A stretch of 64,000 nt of DNA from Octopus sinensis (GCF_006345805.1 NC_043010.1:25482001-25546000), one strand, 5' to 3'; shown: positions 1-12,590, counted from the stretch's first letter. Numbers and translations are program-made. The notes: a model not told the origin generated them from the letters alone.

Positions 1-2606
1 AAGAAGAAGTGCAGGGATTTGGGAATAAAATTTGGGCAGAAGAAAAAACACACAACGAAAAGGCCCCCTGGATTGATAGAATATCTACAGAACTGGACTC
101 CTTAGAAGAGCAAAAGTGGGAGGGTGTCAAGGTAGAAGATATAAGATCTGCTCTCAGGAGGTCAAGCAAATGGAAGTCTCCAGGAAAGGATAAAATTCCT
201 AACTTCTGGTTGAATGCCTTCCCAGAGAGCCATGAACTGCTAACAGAACTTTACAATGATGTTTTGCAACACCCTAGTAGGATGCCTCCTTGGCTAGTTA
301 ATGGGTTAACATTCCTGCTTCCAAAAAGTGAAGAAACAAATGAACCAAAAAACTATAGACCCATAACCTGCTTAACAACTATGTATAAAACGCTAACATC
401 TGTCCTGACGGAATATACCTATAGTTTTTTAACAGACAGCAGCATATTCCCTAATGAACAGAAAGGATGTAAACGTGGATCCTATGGTTGTAAAGATCAG
501 CTACTCATCAATAAGATGATCTTAGAAGATTGTCACAAATGACACAAAAATTTGTCAATAGCCTGGATAGACTATAAAAAGGCTTTTGATAGCCTACCAC
601 ATAGCTGGATTAAGAAATGCCTGGAAATGTATAAAATAGCACCTACTCTGCGAAACCTTTTGTCTATAAGTATGAGATCATGGAGAACCACACTGACTTA
701 GAACAGTGACATTGAATCTCTAAATGCTGGTGATGTAAAAATTTCATGTGGCATTTTCCAGGGTGACTCACTATCACCACTCCTCTTTTGTTTAGCCTTA
801 ATGCCTGTCTCAAAATTGCTCAATGACGCACAGTACGGATATAAAATGTTGGATAAAAATATAAATCATCTCATTTACATGGATGATTTAAAGCTCTTTG
901 CAAAAAATGACCAACAACTCAAGGGCTTACTAGCGATTGTTAAACAATTCAGTGATGACATCAGAATGCAATTTGGCCTCGATAAATGTGCAAAAGCTAC
1001 CTTTATCAAAGAAAAAATGACAGAAACATCTAACGTTAACCTTGACCAGCAGAATGTCATAAAAGAGTTAGACCCAGCGGAAAACTACAAGTACCTAGGG
1101 GTAATTGAAGGGGACAGAATAAGGCAATCAGTGATGAAGGAAAGGATCAGGAGAGAATGTTATCGCAGAGTAAGAGCAATACTCAAGACAGAGTTGAATG
1201 CGAGAAACAGGATCGAAGCAATCAATGCTTTAGCCATACCAGTCGTGCCTTACAGTTTCAATATCGTTAACTGTTCAATTACTGAAACATGCAATCTTGA
1301 CAGAAAAATATGAAAACTGTTGACAATGCATAGAATGCACCACCCTAAGGCAGATATAGAATGACTTTATCTGCCAAGAAAAGAGGGAGGCCGTGGACTT
1401 TTACAACTGGCAATAACAATGAAGATTGCTACAATTGGCCTAGACACCGACCTGAAAAACTCTGAGGACTGGATGTTAAAACTGGTCTCAAAACATGAAA
1501 ACAAGAAAACATCATACTCAGTAACAAAACAGGCAAAAGAATATCTAAGTGAATTCCGAATACAACAAATTTCGGAATTAGACATAGAAGAAACAAGCAC
1601 AGAAAAAGCTAAGTGCATGAAAACCCGTGCTAAAACTGCTGCTTTAGATATTTTGAATGATAAATGGCAAGAAAAACCTCTCTATGGCAAATACCCAAAG
1701 AGAGCGAATAGTGCAGATGTTGACAAAGCCCTGACCCATCAATGGCTAATGGCCTCTGGCTTAAAATCTGAAACAGAAGGGTTTATCATGGCAGCTCAAG
1801 ATCAATGCCTACCAACAAGGAACTACCAGGCCAACATATTAAAAAACGGCAGTAGCCCAACATGTCTTGTATGTCAACAACAAAATGAAACCATTGATTA
1901 TGTTGTCTCCAAGTTCAGTCTTCTAGTGCCTACAGACTATCTCAACAGGCATGATAGAGCTGCACAATATATTCACTGGGTAATTTGCAAAAACCTGGAT
2001 TTGCCCCATGAAAAAAACTGGTGGGAACACAAACCACCTCCAATGACCACATCTCACTCCTCTGGAACTTCACCATTCAAACTGACAGAAAGATAGATGC
2101 AAATAGGCCAGACATCATATTGAATGACTTCAGACAAAGAACATGCCTCCTCATTGATATGACTGTCCCAATCGATATAAATGTATCTGTCAAGTCCTAC
2201 CAAAAACTGAGCAAATATAAAGATCTTGAAATAGAAATCAGCAAAATGTGGAACCTGAAGACTAAAACAATACCTGTTGTCATTGGTGCCCTGGGAATGA
2301 TAACAAAAGGGGCTGATTGCTACCTAACTCAGATACCAGGAAACTCAAAAATGGCAGAAATTCAAAAGATAGTGCTCATGGGAACTGCTCATATTCTACA
2401 CAAAATACTTTCTATGTAATCTCAAGTTTTAAAACAAACAATTTTCGTATGGTTTTTTAGACATTCACTAGTACAACACTAAATACAAAACCAAATGTAT
2501 GGCACACTAGGCATAACAACAACATGAACTTCCAACCTGTTGTCTCTTGAGGTCTCTGGGTGAGACTTGGAGCCAACTTGTACAAATGTAAAGCAAAAGT
2601 CAAACA
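1..2606 (+). mobile_element. R4/Dong-clade non-LTR retrotransposon (RT + restriction-like endonuclease), decayed, 5' part outside the window
   Basis: ORF pieces 9-542, 801-1313, 1419-2096 and 2021-2419 give KSPGKD, NYRPITCL, YMDD (RT), a degenerate CxxC knuckle (CLVC), RHD, and RPDII...IDMTVP...K..KY (PD-(D/E)xK endonuclease). Broken by stops and frameshifts. 3' UTR ends ...AAAAGTCAAACA near 2606. Confidence 0.9.
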
Positions 2607-5389
2607 TCATCATCATCATTTAACGTCCGTTTTCCATGCTAGCATGGGTTGGACGGTTTTGACTGAGGGCTGGCAACCAGATGGCTGCACCAGGCTCCAG
2701 TCTTGATCTGACAGAGTTTCTACAGCTGGATGCCCTTCCTAACACCAACCACTCTGAGAGTGTAGTGGGTGCTTTTTACGTGCCACCTGCATGGGGGCCA
2801 GTCAGGCGGTACTGGCAATGACCTCGCTCGAATCTTTTTACACGTGCCACCGACACAGGTGCCAGTGAAGCGACATTGGTAACGATCACGCTCGAATGGT
2901 ACCCTTTTACATGCCACGAGTATGGAAGACAGTTGGCTGCTCTGGCAACTATCACAACAATCCCACTCGGATAGTATTCTTGGCACCCTACTAGCACACG
3001 CATAAGTGCCAGTAAAGCGACGCTGGTAACGATCATACTCAAATAGCCTCTCTGTCAATGATCACACTCGTATGGCGCTCTTTGCACCCCACTAGCACAG
3101 ATGCCAGTCATTGAATTGATTTTGATTTGATTTGATTTTGATTTCACTTGCCTCAACAGGTCTTCGCAAGCAAAGTTTAGTGACCAAAGAAGGAAAAGCT
3201 ACGCATAAGCGGGCTGGTTATGCTCCTGGCATAGGCCACGGGTTATGGTTTCATCTGGCTTGCCGGGGTCTTCTCGAGCACAGCATATTTCCAAATGTCT
3301 CGGTTGCTAGTCATTTCCTTGGTGAGGCCTAATGTTCGAAGGTCATTTCACCACTTCATCCCAGGTCTTCTTGGGTCTACATCTCCCACAGGTTCCATTA
3401 ACGGCTAGGGTGTGGCACTTTTTCACACAACTATCCTCATCCATTCTCACCACATGACCATACCAGCACAGTCGTCTCTCTTGCACACCACATCTAATGC
3501 TTCTTAGGTCCAACTTTTCTCTCAAGGTGCTTACACTCTGTTGAGTATGCTAACTGACATTACACATCCATCGGATCATACTGGCTTCATTCCTTGCGAG
3601 CTTACACATATCTTCAGCAGTCACAGCCCATGTTTCACTGCCATGTAGCATGGCTGTTCACACACATGCATCATACAGTCTACCTTTTACTCTGAGGGAG
3701 AGGCTCTTTGTCACCAGCAGAGGTTAGAGCTCTCTGAACTTTGCGCAAGGTATTCTTATTCTAGCAGCTACACTTTCGGTGCACCCTCCTCCGCTACTGA
3801 TTTGGTCACCTAGATAACGGAAGTTATCAACTACTTCTAGTTTTTCTCCTTGGAATGTGGCGGAAGTTGGTCTCTGCGCATTTTCAGTGTTTATCGCTCC
3901 TGAGCATCTGCCACATACAAAAACTATCTTCCCAGTTAGCCTTCCTTTGACATTACTGCACCTCTTATGTGTCCATAGCTTACACAGGGTACATCTTATA
4001 GAGTTTCTACCTACACCTCTACTACAGATCGAGCAGGGCCATCTACCTGAAGGGATTTGTGGTTTGCCTGCCTTCCTATTTATTAGGACTTTGGTTGATT
4101 CTAAGGCCCTTCGATTCTAATCCTTGTTTCCACACTTGAAACTTCTCTAGTTCTGATAGCGACTCAGCGATTAGAGCAAGGTCATCAGCATAGAGGAGCT
4201 CCCAGAGGCATCCCGTCTGGAATTCCTCCGTTATTACCTGGAGGACTATGATAAATAGGTGGGGGCTGAGGACTGAACCCTGGTGGACCCCAACCTCAAC
4301 CTTGAATTCTTCAGTGTACTCGTTGCCAACCCTCACCTTACTAGCAGCGTCCCTGTACATGGCTTGCACAGCTGTCACTAACCATTCATCTATCCCTAGT
4401 TTCCTCATTGACCACCAGATAAGGGATCGGGGGACTCTGTCAAAGGCTTTCTCCTTGTCAACGAAAGCCAGGTACAGGGGCTTATCTTTGGCCAGATATT
4501 TCTCCTGCAGCTGTCTTACCAGAAATATGGCATCAGTGGTGCTTTTCCCTGGCATGAAACCAAACTGCATCTCATCCAAGTTGACTCTCTCCCTAATAAG
4601 TTGGGCTATAACCCCCTCCGTAACCTTCATTACCTGATCCAAAAGCTTGATACCTCTGTAATTATTTGTATCTAGGGTGTCACCTTTACCTTTGTAGCAG
4701 TTAACTATGATGCTGCTACACCAGTCATTGGGTATGACTCCTTCGTGTATCACCTGGTTAACTATACCAGTGACTAGGGTATAGCCAACACTGCCAGATA
4801 TTTTGAGCATCTCTGCAGTAATTCCTGATGGGCCTGGGGCTTTCCCTGTCTTCATGCTTCTAATTGCCTTGACTACTAAGAAACTGTCAACATGGATAGC
4901 TGGTCCCTCTGTTGGGTCGACATTCAGCAGACTCTCTTTATCCCATGCATTTTCTTTATCCAGCAACCTTTCATAGTGGCGTCTCCAAACCACTCTCTTT
5001 GCATCCTCATTTAGCGCAAGTGAACCATCATCCATGTGAACACATTTCTCTCCTACCACATCACGATTCTCTCTCACACACTGTCTTGCAACACGAAATA
5101 CCTCAAGTCTTTTGCCCTCATGGCGCAGAACATTGGCAAATTTTTTCTTATCTGCTTCCCCTCTGGCTAAATACACCTGCCTCCTAGCTTCCCTTCTGGC
5201 AGTCTGATACACTTCCCTGCTACCACCGTTCTTCCAGTCCTTCCAAGCCTGTTTCTTTTGTCTAATAGCCCTGTCATCAACATTGTTCCACCACCACGTT
5301 ATTTTGGGTCTTGAGGGGACTTTGCACCAACCACAGATCTGGTCAGTGGCTCTCAGCAGGTTGTCCCTTAGAAACCTCCAGTTGTCTTC
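2607..5389 (-). mobile_element. RTE-clade LINE, 5'-truncated, decayed (copy 1)
   Basis: ORF 4076-5476 has GKAPGPSG, NYRGIKLL, QFGFMPGKSTTDAIF, KAFDRV, GVHQGSVLSP, LLYADD. C-terminal LCWYGHVVRM...GRCRPKKTW at 3343-3525. 3' UTR ends in a (GAT)n tail (catcatcat at about 2607). Similarity to copy 2 stops at 5389. Confidence 0.92.
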
Positions 5390-5479
5390 TAGAATAGAAG
5401 AATAATAATATAATATAATAATAATAATAATAATAATAATATATATATATATATATATATATAATAATAGAAACATTGG

Positions 5480-5520
<41 letters not shown>
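5390..5520. repeat. (TAA)n/(TA)n microsatellite, probable tail or target of the Dong element
   Basis: Repeat is directly visible. Dong-family elements are known to insert in (TAA)n. Confidence 0.75.
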
Positions 5521-5521
<1 letters not shown>

Positions 5522-5730
5522 GTTACTCTCAATTTTGGTGTATGAGTGTTTGAAGGAAAGAATTAAAAAAAAATTAAAATAAAAGAAGCTGCATCTATTT
5601 GTGAGGTATGCATGAATGTAATTTCAATCCAGGTATAAATTTTGCTATGAAATCACAATGGAGACATTGTTGATTTTGATTTTGCCTGGGATTGGATAAA
5701 TGTCTCTCTTGAGTGTAGGATTTCATTGTA

Positions 5731-6120
5731 CGAGGGTGAATCGAAAGGTAATGCCATTTTGTTTAGGACAGGTATAATTCTTTGAGCCACTTCACTACAG
5801 TTTTCACTTCCTCGTCACTAGACTATCATCTCTTCGGCCCCGTGAAAGAGGGTTTGAGAGGCAAACATTGTTCTAGTGACGAGGAAGTGAAAACTGTAGT
5901 GAAGAAGTGGCTCAAATAACAGTCAACAGAATTTTATGGGGCATGGATACATGCTCTCATTCGATGGTGGAACATTGCTATTGAGAGAAACGTGACCATG
6001 CTGAGAAATACAGATGTGATCCACAGAGGACCAGCTTCATTTTGATATATGATACATGTTCCTGTGTTGGTAATTATACCGGTCCTAAACAAAATTGCAT
6101 TACTTTTTTACTAACTCTCG
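5731..6120 (+). mobile_element. Internally deleted mariner (MITE-like, 390 bp)
   Basis: TA flanks at 5729-30 and 6121-22. Imperfect TIRs of about 49 bp (CGAGGGTGAA...GGACAGGTATAATT). Retains transposase C-terminus DYHLFGPVKEGLRGKHCSSDEEVKTVVKKWLK*. Confidence 0.85.
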
Positions 6121-6242
6121 TAAAGGTTACAGGTAGTAACCTGCTACCCACATAAATCCTACCAGGAATAAGATCGAACCGGAGTCAAATCAATAATAAT
6201 AATAATAATGATGATGATAACGACTATTCGTGTATTTTGCAG

Positions 6243-6333
6243 TTGACAACCAACATTGGGAAGGTGCAAATTCAGAAAAATAAAATTAATTATTTGGACT
6301 TTCAACCAAAAGATACCGAATTAGATTACAAAG
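6243..6333 (+). CDS. R3HCC1L: R3HCC1/R3HCC1L-family gene, internal coding exon (LTTNIGKVQIQKNKINYLDFQPKDTELDYK)
   Basis: ttttgcag acceptor, G|gtaag donor, open frame. Phase 1 joins the next exon to give ...DYKAYDHVLEV. Position matches the segment just before the conserved domain. Confidence 0.8.
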
Positions 6334-6789
6334 GTAAGAATTTAAGTCAGAATGGATAACGTTTCTTTATGCTGTTGCAGTTACCTCCCTTACTCCACTT
6401 TTTTTCTTAGTCAACTTGAGACTCGCCCGTTGTAAATATGTGTGGAATGATGCACACTGGTGAGAAGACTAATGCTTGAATAGAAGTGCCTTGTGGTGTT
6501 TATTCTGCTTGATGCACAGACCCCTTGGAAATGCAGTAAGCTTGTGGTTAGCTGTTTAGAATTTTATAACCTAAAGGTAAGATATAAAACAAAAACCAAG
6601 TAAATAAATTTGTCAACAGTACAAAAAGTGATATCACAGGGCTATGGTAGCATGGAAACCTGTAGTGTTTGAACTTTGAAAAAATACAACCAGCTACATG
6701 AATCATGCCAAATTGTGAGATTGGAGGATGTGGTCATCTGACCCAACTGCTCTACCAGTGCCATCATGGAAAGTGAATACCAAATGATA

Positions 6790-7103
6790 AAAGGCACCTT
6801 TCGATCATGAATGACCATGGGATTGCACCTAGTAAGTTCCCCTGTGAGGCACAAGTCCGGGCAAGTTTGTTTGTGGAAGACCAGCAGTCTCTCATCCATA
6901 CCAGCCTCCCTTCTCCACACCACCGATGTTACCCAAGGGAAAGACAAAGGCTGATACAGCTTGGTACCAGTGCTGTCACAACTCATTTCTACAGCTGAGT
7001 GAACTAGAACAATGTGAGATAAAGTTCTTGCTCAAGAACACAACACAGACCCAGTCTGGGAATCAAACTCACTACCTCATGATTGTGAGCCCGATGTTCT
7101 ATA
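6790..7103 (-). mobile_element. tRNA-derived SINE, family B
   Basis: Near-copy of 12245-12590 with a B-box-like head on the minus strand. Related heads at about 18875, 38630, 47690 and 49690-50035. Confidence 0.75.
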
Positions 7104-7167
7104 ATGATTTTGTGGTGTGTATGTATGTATGTGTGTATGTATGTATGTATGTATGTATGTATGTATG

Positions 7168-7227
<60 letters not shown>

Positions 7228-7604
7228 GAGAGAGAGAGAGAGAAAATCATTGTTCAACATTCCTTTGTTGAGGCAGATTTTCTCTTGTTAGACACCCTTT
7301 CTGTTCAACCCTCACCTGTTTCCAAACAAGGTAATATTTCTCCAGTGGCCTTGCATGTTTTCATGGAAAACTGGAAACAAATGTCATCACTTATATATTT
7401 ATAGCACTTATTTACAACTATTGCATGACATCAAGACAAGGACACACAAACACGTGTGCATGCAGACACACACAACCACACACACACTTACATACATGAC
7501 AGGCATCTTTCAGTTTCTGTCTACCAGATCCCCTTGTAGGGCTTTGGTCAACCTGGAACTATGATAGGAGACACTTGCCCAAGGTGGTATACAGTTAAAA
7601 ACTT

Positions 7605-7645
<41 letters not shown>

Positions 7646-7828
7646 GCACCTTGTAGTATAATGAATAATGCCTGAAAAGCAATGATTTCATGGTTCAAGT
7701 CCCATCTTTGGCTCTGTTGCTCTTATTGTAAATGAATTGTTGCCTTATTGCAACTATTACCATAATTATTTTGTCACTTTTTTTTTTATTGCATATTTAT
7801 TCTGCTGTTTGTATATTTGTTATTCCAG

Positions 7829-7910
7829 CTTATGATCACGTACTTGAAGTTTTTGATTTCTCTTCTGAGCTACAAACCCGAGATATAATTAGTGTGTTTT
7901 CAAATTTTAA
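7829..7910 (+). CDS. R3HCC1L: R3HCC1L-family exon (AYDHVLEVFDFSSELQTRDIISVFSNFK)
   Basis: ttattccag acceptor and gtaagt donor. Resembles HVIEIYDFPQEFHTEDLL of vertebrate R3HCC1L (RRM-like region, recalled). Confidence 0.92.
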
Positions 7911-8566
7911 GTAAGTATACATTCAATTCAGTTTGATTATTGTTGTTTGGGAGAAAGTTAAAAGAAAAATTACAAATGCTATTAAAATAAAAACAAAAAA
8001 ACAAAGAAAAATGCCCCAGCAAACTAAAACGATGTATTAATATTAAGATGCTGTGAACAAAGTAATATATAGAGGCTTACTCGGTTTGTGGCTTATATAC
8101 AATAGTCTGATGGGGTTCAATATCACCATTTTACAGCTGCTTTCTGTTGGCACAGACGTTGCTATGTGGTTAAGAAATTCACTTGCCAACCACATGGTTC
8201 CAGGTTCAGTCCCACTGCACAGCACCTTGGGCATGTGTCTTTTAATATTCTCTGAACTGGCCAAAACTGTGGAATTTTGTTGACAGAAACTGAAAGACAT
8301 CTGGTATCGTCGTTGTCATTATCATCATCATCATCATCATCATTTAACGTCCACTTTCTATGCTGGCATGGGTTGGATGGTTTGACTGGGGACTGGCAAA
8401 CCAGGAGGCTCCACCAGGCTCCAATCTGATCTGGCAAGGTTTCTACAGCTGGATGCCCTTACTAAGGCCAAACTACTCCAAGAATATAGTGGGGGCTTTT
8501 TACGTGCCACCAGCATAAGGGCAGTTAGACAGCACTGGCATCAACCACATATGTGTGCTTTTTGTC

Positions 8567-8633
<67 letters not shown>

Positions 8634-9241
8634 ATGTACTAAATTGCAGTTGTGATTGTATGGTTAAGAAGTTTGCTTCCCAACCATACAGTCTCAGGTT
8701 CAAGCCCACTGCATGGCATCCCAGGCAAGTGGCATTAGTAGATGGAAACTGAAAGAATCCTGTGTGTCGGGATGGGGGTGGGGTGATAGTTGTAAATGAG
8801 TGTCACTCTCATATAAATGATGTCATTCATTTCCAATCTTCTGTGAAAACATGTCCCATCATGGAAGAATATTAACTTGCTTAGAAGCAACTAAGGGTTG
8901 GCAACTGGAAGAGCATCTGGTTGTAAAAAAAAAATCTACCTCAATAGATTCAATTCTACCCATTTAAGAATGGGCAAATGAATGATGATAAGGATAAAAA
9001 TGAATGTAAATATGGTTTTAAATTGTTAACATCTTTCATCACTAGAAACTGGAACTCCGAACATTAGGATAAAGGTACAACTGTGGAGTTGAAATTAAAT
9101 TCTTCAGATTTTGTAAATGAAAACAATTCACAAGAATTTCTGAGATAATATTTTTTTATAATATTCTTTTAAAAACAAAGTTTAAATAGAAATCTCTATT
9201 TTATTATGCAATTCATTCTTTTCATACAAATAATTAATCTT

Positions 9242-9384
9242 TTGTGTCTGGGGAGAGTCATTCTCTTTTAGTGCCTTATAATTTAACACACTTTAGAAAA
9301 ATAAAAAAGAAATAAGTGGAAATTTTACCGGTGAGTGTGTTAAATAATAAGGTACTAAAAGAGAATGACTCTCCCCAGACACAA
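9242..9384. repeat. Inverted repeat (arms 9242-9292 and 9334-9384), MITE-like hairpin
   Basis: TTGTGTCTGGGGAGAGTCATTCTC... pairs with ...GAGAATGACTCTCCCCAGACACAA. Confidence 0.8.
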
Positions 9385-9503
9385 CAGAATATGCTTCAAC
9401 ACACAAACTCACATAAAGAATCTTGCAAACCAAATCCCAAAACGAAATTAATTAATCATTATGCTATTAATTAATGTTGTATTTTGTCTTTTCTGCTTCC
9501 CAG

Positions 9504-9574
9504 GGAACGGGGTTTTGATATCAAATGGGTTGATGATACTCATGCTTTAGCAATTTTTAATAGCCCTGTTGCTG
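9504..9574 (+). CDS. R3HCC1L: R3HCC1L-family exon (ERGFDIKWVDDTHALAIFNSPVA)
   Basis: cttcccag acceptor and gtaagt donor. Family hallmark GFDIKWVDDTHAL. Splice phases are compatible. Confidence 0.95.
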
Positions 9575-9988
9575 GTAAGTATTATATTCAATGTCTGTTT
9601 AATTGCCTGTCTGTACAGCTTCCTTCATTCCTTCCTCCATCCCTTTCTCCTTCTTCTCTTCAGTATGTGACACAATAATGTTTATAAGGTGTCTACACTT
9701 TAATCAATGAACACCTGGCTTGCTCTACTGGGTCAGGGGTGACATCATCAATTGATGATATATGTTCTCATCAATTTGGGGTTTAATCTCCAAAGAATTT
9801 TCACAGTAAGATTATATACAATTCAGGTCTTTCCCTGCTGTTTCAATCATGGTCACCATCTTTTTAAAGTCTAGTTTTTCCATGTTGGCATCTGTTAGAT
9901 TGCATCATGTGCCATGTGATGTAATGTATAACCAAACTAGTATAACTGGCTTTCTCAGCAATTCAGTGTATATATATATATGTATGTA

Positions 9989-11080
9989 TGTTTTTATTTT
10001 TATTTTTATTTTCGTTTTTTGTATTTATATTCGTGTGGCTTCGTCCGTTTTTTTGTCCTTGTTTCATTTACATTCGTTCCTTTTTCCAAGAAATCTAATG
10101 CTCGCAGCTTAGTTTTTCATTGGGGCTGGCCGCGTCGGAGCAATATCAGAATTAATCAGCTGAAATTTGCTATGATGATCCAGTTTCTGACTGAAGATTA
10201 AAGGCTTCGAATGACCCGTCCGTTTTCTGTGTTCGTCCCTTTGTGTATTTCACGTTCTTGTTTCTTTATATATAATTTTTATACCTATATTATTGCGGCG
10301 TACGTACACCTTGTTCCCTTATGTATGCTTACATTCTATCCATTTGTACGACTTCTAAAAACTTTTTCTATACCTCACTTTCTGTCTTTCTCTTTCTCGC
10401 CTTGATTCTTTGGTCCCCCCTCTTCCCCCACTCTCCCACGTTTCTCTGCCTTTCTCGCTGTGCGCCATTGCTTCTGTTGCTAAGCCATCTTTGACGCGCT
10501 CTGTCTCTTCCCCCCTCTTCCTTCCATCCTCTTTAATTCCTTCTGTCTCTCTCTCTCCCTACTCTCACGTGACCTGGTCAATCCTTGGTGCCCTCTGTTT
10601 CTTCCACCATCTTTAATTCCTTCTCTCTCTTTCTCTCTCTCTCTCTCTACCCTCATGTGACCTGCTGAATAACCAGCCATTGGTGAACGCTGCCGAAAAG
10701 GCAATTTTTCCAAACACGCCTGCTAGATAAGTTAAATTTGTCTAAAGTCGTAAGACACCTGCTGTTATCCTGTTATTACCATTCTTGTTTTTATTTTTAT
10801 TTTTGTTTTTTGTATTTATATTCGTGTGGCTTCGTCCGTTTTTCTGTCCTTGTTTCGTTTACATTCGTTCCTTTTTCCAAGAAATCTAATGCTCGCAGCT
10901 TAGTTTTTCATTGGGGCTGGCTGCATCGGAGCAATATCAGGATTAATCAGCCAAAATTTGCTATGATGATCCGGTTTCTGACTGAAGATTAAAGGCTTTG
11001 AATAACCGTCCATTTTCTGTGTTCGTCCCTTTGTGTATTTCACGTTCTTGTTTCTTTATATATAATTTTTATACCTATAT
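9989..11080. mobile_element. Non-coding element bounded by direct repeats of about 300 bp (9989-10290 and 10786-11080), set in (TA)n
   Basis: The two repeats are near-identical by eye, with a CT-rich interior and (TA)n on both sides. A related solo fragment lies at about 25085-25205. Confidence 0.75.
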
Positions 11081-12244
11081 ATATATATATATATACACAT
11101 CTAAAATTTGGTTTCTGTTGGAAAACAGACAGGTTTTAAAATCACTTTAAAAAAACCTAAGTAAATTGGCTAACATTTAGGGAAGGTAGGAACTGGGTGT
11201 TGTGGATTGAATGGGGTCTGGATATGGATAATAATATCATTGGTGGTGAGAAGAGATGAATGAGTTGCTAGTGCCTGAGTGAAGGTGGAATTAATTAAAC
11301 CAGCCAGTTTTGAGGAACAGTAGCAACTGTAGTAGCAACAGGAAAGGTATTTTGTTGAGACGTCGTGTCCATGAGCCAGTGGTTGTTTTCCTGAGGCTAA
11401 CAACAATAAATTTTAAAATTTCAGACGTAGAGAAATAAATACATTTACTGTTTTCCCTAGCTTTCTTTCTATTTATCCCAGTTTTATGTTTGCTCTGTAG
11501 AACATTTTATGTGTAACAAACCAGTTTAACCCTTTTCTTACTAACTTATTTAAGGTTCTTTCATACAAAAGTTGTTTGTTTTATGAATGGCACACCTCAC
11601 AAAAAATTACCTTCAATTTTTTTTTAGTAGTGTAGCTTAATTCATGATGAACAATGTCTCATGTGGTCCACTTCTTGAAAATGGTTGCCCATGCCTGTTT
11701 TAAATGGATCATATTAAAAATTATAATCATAATTTTATGTAAAAACCTTTTTGTTATGTTCAAACGCTAGCTTCATTATAATTCTTTAATAATTCCTAAC
11801 ATAAATACAAGACCAGAAACTTGGTGGTAGGAGATCAGTCAGTTATTTTAACTCCGTTACCTGATTGGTACTTTATTTTTATTGATCTTGGAAGGATGTA
11901 AGACAACGTTGCCTTTGCGAGAATTTGAATTCCCAATGTAAAGGGCCACAACATCATCATCATCATTTGCTTTCTATGCTGGCATGAGTGAGATGGTTTG
12001 ACAGGAGCTGGAGAGCTGCATCAGGCTCCTATTGTCTAGTTTGGCATGGTTTCTATGGCTGGATGCCCTTCCTAATGCCAACTATTTTACAGAGTGTTCT
12101 GAGTGCTGTTTACATGGTACCAGTGCTTTATATGTGGTACTAGTGCAAGTGCATTTTACATGGTACCAGAACAGGCCACAACATAGACTATTAAGCAGTT
12201 TGTCTAAGACACTAATAATTCTGCCATTCTACTACCCTGGGGTA

Positions 12245-12590
12245 AAGGTTAAAGTGTAAAGACTCCCTTCAGTCGTGAATGACTATGGGATTGCACCTAG
12301 AAAGCTCCCCTCTTAGGCAGTAGTCCGGGCAAGGTTGTTTATGGAAGACCAGCAGTCGTCCACACAAACCAACCTCTCCTCTCTATGCCACTAATATTAT
12401 CCAAGAGAAACGCAAAGACTGATACAGCTTGGCACCAGTAACATCGCAACTCATTTCTACAGATGAGTGAACTGGAGCAATGTGAAATAAAGGGTCTTGC
12501 TCAAGAACACAACACACAGCCCGGTCCAGGAATCAAACTCACTACCTCATGATTCTGAGCCCGATGCTCCAACCATTGAACCATGTGCCT
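12245..12590 (-). mobile_element. tRNA-derived SINE, family B
   Basis: A/B-box-like head on the minus strand (TGGTTCAATGG...GAGTTTGATTCC). Body shared with 6790-7103. Confidence 0.78.

Noticed and set aside
4076-5476. 466-aa ORF as an intact gene
   Set aside because: The N-terminus is translated microsatellite and the rest is a truncated, frameshifted RTE ORF.
10185-10225. Hammerhead in the 300-bp direct repeat (CTGAAGA...CGAATGACCCGTC)
   Set aside because: GAAA is replaced by GAAT in all three related copies and stem II does not pair convincingly.
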